DNA from: an uncultured Gemmatimonadales bacterium
Lineage (GTDB): Bacteria > Gemmatimonadota > Gemmatimonadetes > Gemmatimonadales > GWC2-71-9
NCBI GenBank assembly: GCA_963779755.1
Contig: CAVZZO010000001.1
Coordinates: 64,001 to 128,000, forward strand
Direction: 5' to 3'
Length of the DNA: 64,000 bases
This document shows positions 57,172 to 64,000 of this stretch, piece after piece (the first letter of the stretch is position 1; each line of letters opens with the position of its first letter). The position numbers and the translations under genes are program-made. The notes beneath the pieces were generated by a model. That model was not told the DNA's origin. It did no database searches and saw only the letters and a program-made list of their open reading frames with translations.

Positions 57172-57738
57172 ATGCGACTCACCGGCAAGCAGATCCTGAT
57201 CTTTGCGGGACCGCTCTATGAAGAGCTGGAGCTCTGGTATCCCCGGCTGCGGCTGGAGGAGGAAGGGGCGCGGGTCACGGTGGCCGGCACGGGCGAAAGC
57301 GAGTACCGGGGCCAGCACGGTTATCCCGTGCGGGTGGACGGCGATATCTCCCACCTGCGGCCGGCCGATTACGACGGCCTGGTCATTCCGGGCGGCTACG
57401 CGCCCGACGTGCTCCGCCGCTCGGAGCGGGTGCTGCAGATGACCCGGGAGCTGTTCCATACCGGCAAACCGGTGGGCATCATCTGCCATGCCGGCTGGGT
57501 GGCCATCTCGGCCGGCATCGTGCGGGGGCGGCGGGGCACCAGCTTCGCTTCACTCAAGGACGACCTGGTCAACGCCGGGCTCATCTGGGAGAACAGTCCC
57601 GTGGTGGTGGACGGCAACCTGATCTCCTCCCGCAGCCCGCTCGATCTGCCCCAGTTCATGCGGGCGATGATCGAGGCCCTGTCCGGCAACCGGTCCGGCG
57701 TGTCCCTGATGGGGCCGGCGGTGAGCCGGCGAAGCTAG
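57172..57738 (+). CDS. PfpI/DJ-1 family protein
   Basis: YEELELWYP, YDGLVIPGGYAPD, ICHAGW nucleophile Cys, VVVDGNLISSR.P.DL. Confidence 0.92.
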   Translation: MRLTGKQILIFAGPLYEELELWYPRLRLEEEGARVTVAGTGESEYRGQHGYPVRVDGDISHLRPADYDGLVIPGGYAPDVLRRSERVLQMTRELFHTGKPVGIICHAGWVAISAGIVRGRRGTSFASLKDDLVNAGLIWENSPVVVDGNLISSRSPLDLPQFMRAMIEALSGNRSGVSLMGPAVSRRS

Positions 57739-57774
57739 GAAAAGGGCCGGAACCGGGAGAAACCTACGGAGTCC

Positions 57775-58095
57775 CTACTCCCGTTTCCGGGTCCAGCGCC
57801 CGGCGTCGCGCGTTTCCACTTTCTCCATCATCCGGTCGAAGGCCGCCTGCAGGTCGATCCCTTCACGGTTGGCCATGCAGATAAGCACGAAGACAATATC
57901 GGCCATCTCCATGCCGAGGTCCGCGTCCGCCTCCCCGGGTTTCTTGGTTTTCTGCCCGAAGCGGTGATTCACCTCCCGCGCCAGCTCTCCCACCTCTTCC
58001 GCCAGCCGGGCCATGTTGGTAAGCGGATCGAAGTAGCCTTCCTCGAATTGGCGGATCCACTGATCGACGCGCTGCTGAACGACATTCAGAGACAT
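57775..58095 (-). CDS. MazG-like nucleotide pyrophosphohydrolase (YpjD-like)
   Basis: ARLAEEVGELAREVNH, EMADIVFVLICMAN..GIDL. Confidence 0.92.
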   Translation of the reverse strand: MSLNVVQQRVDQWIRQFEEGYFDPLTNMARLAEEVGELAREVNHRFGQKTKKPGEADADLGMEMADIVFVLICMANREGIDLQAAFDRMMEKVETRDAGRWTRKRE

Positions 58096-58123
58096 AGAGG
58101 TCGGAGGTCGAAGGTCGAAGGTC
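58096..58123. repeat. 7-nt tandem repeat (RRAGGTC)x4
   Basis: agaggtc-ggaggtc-gaaggtc-gaaggtc directly before the MazG-like start. Confidence 0.8.
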
Positions 58124-58143
58124 AAACCGGCCGCCGCTCGCTG

Positions 58144-59052
58144 TTACTCCCATTCCCTCGGGGCGCTCTCCAGCTCCAGCAGCAGCTGGAGATAGCTGCC
58201 GTAGCGGCCTTCGGCGATGCGGCCCTCTTCCACCGCCGCCTGAACGGCGCAGCCGGGTTCGCCCCGGTGCAGGCAGTCGGGGAAGCGGCACCGGTCCAGC
58301 CAGGGCACCAGATCGGGAAAGCAGCGGGCCAGCTCGCGCGGCGGCACGCCCCAGATGCCGACCTCACTGAAGCCGGGGGTATCTACCAGGAAGCCGCCCG
58401 CGTCGAGCGGGACCATGACGGCGCTGACGGTGGTCTGCCGCCCCCGCCCGACCCGCTCGCTCACCGCGCCCACCCGCAGGTCGAACCCCGGCTGGATGGC
58501 GTTGACCAGGCGGCTCTTGCCCGCGCCGCTGGGCCCGGTGATCACGCTGGCACGACCCGCCAACTGGGCCCGGAGCCGGTCCAGGCCCTCTCCGGTTTCC
58601 ACGCTGGTGAGGAAGACCGTGTAGCCCGCGTTTTCGAACCGGGTGGCCAGCGCCGCGGCGGGAGCCAAGTCGGTCTTGTTGAGCACCACGGCGGCGGGCA
58701 GCTCATTCACCTCGGCGATCACCAGGAGCCGGTCGATCAGATGGGGCAGCGGCTCCGGATTGGCCGTCGCGGAGACGACGAGTACCAGATCCACGTTGGC
58801 GACGATGGGGCGTTCGCCCCGTCCCAGCGGGTCGCGCCGCTCCAGCAGGCTGTGGCGGGGCTCGACCGCCACGATACCGTGGGTTTGGCCCTCGGCCTCG
58901 GGATCGAGCTGCACCCGGTCGCCCACCACCACCCGCGGCATGTCCCGCTTCATCCGGCCACGCAGGATGGCCCGGACCGTCCCGGCCGGCGTGGCGACCA
59001 GGTAGCTGGAGCCTTCGCGCGCGAGCACCACGCCCTCGATCCGGCTCACCAT
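58144..59052 (-). CDS. rsgA: Ribosome small subunit-dependent GTPase A
   Basis: VGDRV, ANVD, NKTD (G4) before GPSGAGKS (G1), GRQTT, DTPG, CRFPDCLH..EPGC zinc finger. Confidence 0.96.
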   Translation of the reverse strand: MVSRIEGVVLAREGSSYLVATPAGTVRAILRGRMKRDMPRVVVGDRVQLDPEAEGQTHGIVAVEPRHSLLERRDPLGRGERPIVANVDLVLVVSATANPEPLPHLIDRLLVIAEVNELPAAVVLNKTDLAPAAALATRFENAGYTVFLTSVETGEGLDRLRAQLAGRASVITGPSGAGKSRLVNAIQPGFDLRVGAVSERVGRGRQTTVSAVMVPLDAGGFLVDTPGFSEVGIWGVPPRELARCFPDLVPWLDRCRFPDCLHRGEPGCAVQAAVEEGRIAEGRYGSYLQLLLELESAPREWE

Positions 59053-59360
59053 TCGGGGCTGCCCCGGCCGATCAGCTCGTCCAGCGCCGCCTTGACGTCG
59101 TAAAGCGACAGCAGCTTGAGCCGCTCCTCGGCTTCCTCGGGCGTCCCACCCCAGACCAGATACTCGGTCTCCAGATGGCCGGCGGGACGGTCGCCCTCGG
59201 GGGACCAGCGGACAAAGAGCAGGGCCGCCCCGTAACGGCCGCGCTCGTCCGGCGCCTCGGGCACGTAGACCCCGACGGAGTAGGCCGCCCCATCGCTGCC
59301 GCCGAACGCCGCAGCCCGGCCATGCAGCTGCATATAGCCGCCAAGGGTAATCTCGCTCAC
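59046..59360 (-). CDS. Hypothetical protein (104 aa)
   Basis: GTG 59360 overlaps the proline dehydrogenase stop and its stop overlaps the rsgA start; VSEITLGGY...AFGGSDG...LLFVRW...GHLETEYL. Confidence 0.75.
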   Translation of the reverse strand: MSEITLGGYMQLHGRAAAFGGSDGAAYSVGVYVPEAPDERGRYGAALLFVRWSPEGDRPAGHLETEYLVWGGTPEEAEERLKLLSLYDVKAALDELIGRGSPEW

Positions 59361-60292
59361 CTGCCCCGCAGCTGCTCCTTCAGGATGTTGCCCAGCATGA
59401 ACGCGACATTGGCGGGCCGCTCCGCCAGCCGGCGCATGAGATAGGGATACCACTGCGTACCGAAGGGGATGTAGACGCGCAGGTTGAAACCCTCGCTCCG
59501 GAGCGCGTCCTGCAGGTCGCGCCGCACCCCATAGAGCATCTGGAACTCGAACCGGTCGGCCGCGATGTTCCGGCTCCGGACGAATTCGCGGGCCCGGGAG
59601 ATGATGGCCTCGTCGTGGGTGGCGATGGCCGGATAGTTGCCCCGCTCCAGCAGGCGCTCCATGAGCTGAACGTAGTTGCGATCGACGTCGGCCTTGGCGG
59701 GAAAGGCCACCTCGGGCGGTTCCAGGTAGGCTCCCTTGCACAGGCGGACGCGCACCCGGCGCTCGATCAGCCGTTCGACGTCCTGGCCGCTGCGCCGGAG
59801 GGACGACTGGATGACCACGCCGGTCACCTCGCGATAGGCCTCATAGAGCCGGTCGTGGAAGAGATGCAGTGTGCGCTCCGTATAGTCGGAGCTTTCCATG
59901 TCGATCCGGACGAAGTTGCCGTCCGCGCGGGCCCGGTCGAGAATGGCCGTGATGTTACGGTAGGCCACCTCCTCGCCGATATCCAGCCCCATCTGCGTCA
60001 GCTTGACCGAAACATTGGAGGCGACGCCGGTTTCCCGGATGGCGTCGAGGATCCGGAGATACTCGCCGCAGGCGGCATCGGCTTCTTCCGCCCGGGTCAC
60101 GCTCTCGCCCAGCAGATCGAGCGAGGTGGTGATGTCCCGGCGGTTCAACTCCCGGACCGCGGCCACGGCGGTGTCGATGGTCTCGCCGGCAACGAACCGG
60201 GAGGCGAAGCGACGTGCCAGGCCGTTGCGGCGCAGGAAATTGAATATGCCCTGCTGCTCGGAGAGCCAGAGAAAGGCCTTGCGCATATCCAC
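59357..60292 (-). CDS. putB: Monofunctional proline dehydrogenase
   Basis: RFVAGE, LDLLGE, SVKLTQMG, RIDME, RLCKGAY, IATHD, EFQMLYG, YLMRRLAERPAN. Confidence 0.94.
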   Translation of the reverse strand: MDMRKAFLWLSEQQGIFNFLRRNGLARRFASRFVAGETIDTAVAAVRELNRRDITTSLDLLGESVTRAEEADAACGEYLRILDAIRETGVASNVSVKLTQMGLDIGEEVAYRNITAILDRARADGNFVRIDMESSDYTERTLHLFHDRLYEAYREVTGVVIQSSLRRSGQDVERLIERRVRVRLCKGAYLEPPEVAFPAKADVDRNYVQLMERLLERGNYPAIATHDEAIISRAREFVRSRNIAADRFEFQMLYGVRRDLQDALRSEGFNLRVYIPFGTQWYPYLMRRLAERPANVAFMLGNILKEQLRGR

Positions 60293-60384
60293 CCTTGTTG
60301 GACGGTCGCCCTGGGAGAACCGCGACGCCGGACAGGCACGAAACTAGTCGGCGGCGGTACCCGGCGGGAGCCGGGAAGCCGATG

Positions 60385-61617
60385 TCAGGGAAGCACAGGC
60401 AGGGGCGCATCGTCGGCGGGGGCCCGGCCGGCGCCGGTGTAGCGGAGGAAATAGGAGCGGGCGCACTCCAGATCGGCCGGCAGCACGGCCGGCGCACCCA
60501 GCGCCGCTGCCCCTTCCAGACCCAGCTCGAACAATTGTCCGGCCCTCTCGCGCAGGCCCGCCGACACTCCGTCGCGGGCCGCCGGGGCGAGCTGTCCGGG
60601 ATCGGGCGCCCCCAGCAACTGCTCCGCGGCCGCGAAGGTGGGCGGATGAAAGAGCAAGCCGGCCAGCAGCACCACGGGCACGCCCAGCCATTCGAGCGGC
60701 AGGGCGTCGATGGCGCGTACCTCCAGGTAGCCCCCCCGCGGCCGGATTTCCGGGAAGAGGGTGCTGAGGTGCGCGTGCCAGTCGGCCAGGGAGGCCACTC
60801 CCGAGTCCCACCAGGAAAGGAAGGGGATGAAATCGGGGCCTTCGGCCAGCAGGAAGTCGGGAGCCTCGGCGGCAAAGACGAAATACTCGCCGACCGGGTC
60901 TTCCCCGCAGGGAAAGAGGCCGGTCCGCAGCGGGTCGACTTCCAGCCAGTTGGCCGCGCGGTAGCTGCGATAGCCGGTGGGCGCGCCCGCATAGACGCTG
61001 GAGTTCGCGAAGATTGCGGTCAGGTAGGGCGCGGCGGCGTTGAGCAGCCGCCAGCGATGAAAACCCGCGGCCTCGCAGTCCACGTTCACCTGCACCGAGG
61101 CGCTCTGCCGCATCATGCGCGCGCCGGCCGGCCCCAAGGTGTCGAAGTAGGCGGCCATGCGCCGGTAGCGGCGGCCCTCGAGCTGCTGGGGGACGGCCTC
61201 CAGGCCCAGCGCCGGATCCATCCCCATTGCCAGGAGTCCGATCCCCTCCGCAGCGGCCCGCGCCTGCATCGGGCCGGCCACCGCCCGCATGGCGTCAACG
61301 GCGCCGGAGGCACTCTGCCGCGGCTGCCCGCTCAATTCCACCTGGCCGCCGGGCTCCAGGGTGACCTCGCCAAAGTCCGGCACGGTAAACCGCGGCACGC
61401 CGCTGCCGGTCCGGCTCTCGGTCCAGCCCAGCGCCGACCCGTAGTCCGCCAGCCACTGGCGCATGGTCTCCAGGGAAACCGCGCCCCCTTCGGGTGTCCG
61501 GGGCAGCAGCTCGTATTCGATGCCGATGCGCGGTGGTGAGGCCGGGCCGCCCGGCCCGGCGAAGGCCCGCTGGTGCAGGTCGTCCAGCAGGTCGGAGCGG
61601 GACGGGAATTCGGTCAC
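60385..61617 (-). CDS. egtA: Glutamate-cysteine ligase family 2 (EgtA-like)
   Basis: RIGIEYE, TLEPGGQVELS, RYRRM..YF, MMRQSASVQVNVD, FANS, HLSTLFPEIRPR.GYLEVR; GTG 61617 overlaps the egtD stop. Confidence 0.88.
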   Translation of the reverse strand: MTEFPSRSDLLDDLHQRAFAGPGGPASPPRIGIEYELLPRTPEGGAVSLETMRQWLADYGSALGWTESRTGSGVPRFTVPDFGEVTLEPGGQVELSGQPRQSASGAVDAMRAVAGPMQARAAAEGIGLLAMGMDPALGLEAVPQQLEGRRYRRMAAYFDTLGPAGARMMRQSASVQVNVDCEAAGFHRWRLLNAAAPYLTAIFANSSVYAGAPTGYRSYRAANWLEVDPLRTGLFPCGEDPVGEYFVFAAEAPDFLLAEGPDFIPFLSWWDSGVASLADWHAHLSTLFPEIRPRGGYLEVRAIDALPLEWLGVPVVLLAGLLFHPPTFAAAEQLLGAPDPGQLAPAARDGVSAGLRERAGQLFELGLEGAAALGAPAVLPADLECARSYFLRYTGAGRAPADDAPLPVLP

Positions 61618-62567
61618 GACCGCAGGGCGGCCAGCAGGAGCGCGTAGTCGCCGCCGGGGTCGGTCACCCAGCGGTCCAGACGGAGCCCGGCGGCATCGAA
61701 CAGCCGCTCGAGCGAGGCCTGGCCGTACTTCCGGCTGATCTCGGTCCGGATGGACTCCCCGGCCCGGAAGGGGAATTCGCCGCCTTCGGGGATGGTCACC
61801 GTCTGCGGCCGGCGGCTCACCAGATGCATCTCCACGTGATGGGCCACCGGATGGAAGAAGGCGTAGTGTTCGAAACCCTCCGGATCGAAGTCGGCGCCAA
61901 GCTCGGCGTTGAGGACCCGGAGCAGGTTGCGGTTGAACTCCGCGGTCACCCCGGCAGCATCGTTGTAGGCCGCGTGCAGCCGGGCGGGCGACTTGACCAG
62001 ATCGGCGCCGAGCAGCACCCGTCCACCGGCGGTCAGGTGTGCCGCCATGCTGCGCAGCAGCGCCACGGAATGGTCGGGGGTGAAGTTCCCGATGGTGCTG
62101 CCCAGCAGCGCGAACCAGGCCGGCCTCGGGATCGCCGGAAGCTCCAGCCCCTCGCTGAAATCGGCCGCCACGGGGGTGATGCGCAGCCCGGGATATTCCC
62201 GCCGCAGCCGTTCGGCCGTCTCCCGCAGAAAGGCGGCGCTTACATCCACCGGCAGGTAGAGCGCCTCCCCTCCCTGGGCCCGCATGGCATCGAGCACCAC
62301 CCGGCTCTTCTCCGCGCTCCCGGCGCCCAGCTCGACCAGGCTGCGCGGCATCAGCTCTTCCACCCAGGCGGGCACCCACTGTTCCAGGAGCCCGCGCTCG
62401 GCGCGGGTGAGATAGTACTCGGGCAGGCGGGTGATCTCCTCGAACAGGCGCGAGCCGGTTTCGTCGTAGAAGAACTTGGGGCTCAGCTCCTTCTCGCCGC
62501 GCGAGAGTCCCGCTACGACTTCGGCGAGCATGGCGGTGGCGGAGCGGCGGGAGGCGGGCTCAGTCAT
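61614..62567 (-). CDS. egtD: L-histidine N-alpha-trimethyltransferase
   Basis: PKFFYD..GSRLFEEITRLPEYYLTRAE, ELGAGS, LGSTIGNF, AYNDAAGVTAEFN, TEISRK. Confidence 0.95.
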   Translation of the reverse strand: MTEPASRRSATAMLAEVVAGLSRGEKELSPKFFYDETGSRLFEEITRLPEYYLTRAERGLLEQWVPAWVEELMPRSLVELGAGSAEKSRVVLDAMRAQGGEALYLPVDVSAAFLRETAERLRREYPGLRITPVAADFSEGLELPAIPRPAWFALLGSTIGNFTPDHSVALLRSMAAHLTAGGRVLLGADLVKSPARLHAAYNDAAGVTAEFNRNLLRVLNAELGADFDPEGFEHYAFFHPVAHHVEMHLVSRRPQTVTIPEGGEFPFRAGESIRTEISRKYGQASLERLFDAAGLRLDRWVTDPGGDYALLLAALRS

Positions 62568-63867
62568 CGCGCGCGCACCGGAATCCGGCGAAAATCTGCC
62601 GGCGAACGGGATAGTCCCAGTTGCGGAAGGTGGTGCGAGCGGCCCCCGGCCGCGTGGCCCAGGATCCCCCGCGCAGCACCTTGTACTCCGGCCCGAAAAA
62701 CACTTCCGAGTACTCCCGGTAGGGGAATGCGCTGAAACCGGGATACGCCCCGAAATCGCTCGCGGTCCATTCCCACACGTCGCCGATCATGCCCGCGCAG
62801 CCGATGGGCGAGAGGTTGCGGGGATAGGCTCCCACCGGCGCGGGCTGGAAAGCGAGCTGGTCCAGGTTGGCATCGGCCAGGGTTACCCCGGACCCCCAGG
62901 GATAGCTGCGCTTCTCTCCGGACGCAGGATCCCAGCTGGCCGCCGCCTCCCATTCCGCCTCGGCCGGCAGGCGTTTACCGGCCCAGCGGGCAAACGCCTC
63001 GGCCTCATGGTAGCAGACGTGACAGACCGGCTGCCGCGGATCGACCGGCAGGATCCGGTCCATATGGCGTACCAGCCACGTCTCGCCTTCCCGGCGCCAG
63101 TATCCCGGGTGCCGGGCCCCGCTCTCCTCCAGCCAGCGCCAGCCCGCCGTGCTCCACCATTCGCGCCGGGTGTAGCCTCCCGCCTCCATGAAGGCGAGAT
63201 ACTCCCCGCAGGTGACCGGGTCCACATCGATCCAGAAGGGCGGGAGCACCACCGTGTGGCTGTCGCGCTCGTTGTCATAGGCGGCGCTCCGGTCCTCGGT
63301 GCCGATCACCACGGGACCGCCGGGGAAGCGCACCATGGCCGGCTCGCGCCGGGGCGCCTCGGGCAGCCGGATCCCGCGCGGCGCGCGGTAGGGCTGCCCC
63401 TGTTTCAACTGCAGCGTCTGAAGGATGGTCTCGTTATGCTGATACTCGTGCTGCAACACCATGCGGAAGACGTAGCCGTCGGCCAGCATCGGCGCGTCGG
63501 ATTCCAGGTCCACCCGCTCCAGCCGGTCGAGGACGCGGCGGCGCACGTCGGCCATGCGGGCCAGCGTCTCCGCCAGCCCGGGGAGGGTCATGCGGCCGCG
63601 GGTGGCTCGCGGATTGGTGAAGGGGTCGTAGAGGCCGCGCAGTCCCTCCGACCCATCGCCCCCGCGCTCCAGATTTTCCAGCAGCCAGACCTCCTCGAAG
63701 TGCGCGATATGGCCGAGGTCCCAGACGATGGGGCTCATCAGCGGATCGTGCTGGCGGCGGAGATCGTCTTCCGGCAGCGGGGCAACCAGCAGCAGCGTCC
63801 GGGCGCGTGCCTCGGTCAGCAGGTCGATGACTTGTGCCCGGCTCAGGCCGGCGTCGGTCCGGATCAT
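62560..63867 (-). CDS. egtB: Ergothioneine biosynthesis sulfoxide synthase (type I)
   Basis: DinB-like SPIVWDLGH and QHEYQHNE iron ligands; FGE-like domain with DNE, EAEWE, GDVWEW, PYREYS, RGGSW, FRNWDY..RRQIFAGFRC. Confidence 0.95.
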   Translation of the reverse strand: MIRTDAGLSRAQVIDLLTEARARTLLLVAPLPEDDLRRQHDPLMSPIVWDLGHIAHFEEVWLLENLERGGDGSEGLRGLYDPFTNPRATRGRMTLPGLAETLARMADVRRRVLDRLERVDLESDAPMLADGYVFRMVLQHEYQHNETILQTLQLKQGQPYRAPRGIRLPEAPRREPAMVRFPGGPVVIGTEDRSAAYDNERDSHTVVLPPFWIDVDPVTCGEYLAFMEAGGYTRREWWSTAGWRWLEESGARHPGYWRREGETWLVRHMDRILPVDPRQPVCHVCYHEAEAFARWAGKRLPAEAEWEAAASWDPASGEKRSYPWGSGVTLADANLDQLAFQPAPVGAYPRNLSPIGCAGMIGDVWEWTASDFGAYPGFSAFPYREYSEVFFGPEYKVLRGGSWATRPGAARTTFRNWDYPVRRQIFAGFRCARDD

Positions 63868-64000
63868 GTATGACGACTCGGGATCGGAGGATGGAGGTAT
63901 GAACCCTCACGGTGTCTTCTGGAATCCCGCTCCCACCCGGGAGGTTCCACCGGATTTGACGATCTGGAGGCGCGGCCATTTCCCCTGCAACATATTACGG

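Noticed and set aside
62560..63867. SenA (selenoneine synthase) instead of EgtB
   Set aside because: No senB or senC/selD adjacent within the window; neighbours are egtD and egtA and motifs fit type I EgtB.
63870..64000. Riboswitch in the egtB leader
   Set aside because: Some pairing potential, but no SAM, cobalamin or TPP consensus that I can match, and the region is cut by the window end.

Overview
GC-rich bacterial chromosomal window; gene content and intergenic style suggest Gemmatimonadota (inference). It holds about 47 protein genes; I found no rRNA, tRNA, CRISPR array or mobile element. Main blocks: a divergent DExH helicase and an M16 peptidase; a pterin gene pair; a minus-strand operon led by an ORF-track-invisible Rdx/SelW selenoprotein (in-frame UGA plus SECIS), followed by pfk, prolyl oligopeptidase and 5-formyl-THF cyclo-ligase; a 23 kb, 16-gene envelope-glycan locus (12461-35673) with four tandem membrane-anchored Thr-nucleophile sulfatase-like paralogs, a GT-C, a GT2, two flippase-like genes and a polyprenyl-phosphate phosphoribosyltransferase; a swivel-first aconitase-family fusion; a TrmB/diguanylate cyclase/dodecin operon; lon divergent from a Ser/Thr kinase; an E1 alpha-beta fusion; rsgA; proline dehydrogenase; and egtB-egtD-egtA. 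The best hidden signals are a predicted sigma54-driven ~150 nt four-hairpin small RNA with anti-Shine-Dalgarno loops (4251-4402), further sigma54 promoters at lon and inside the glycan locus, the selenoprotein, and heptamer-repeat hairpins in intergenic gaps. All product calls are from motif recognition by eye, without database searches.
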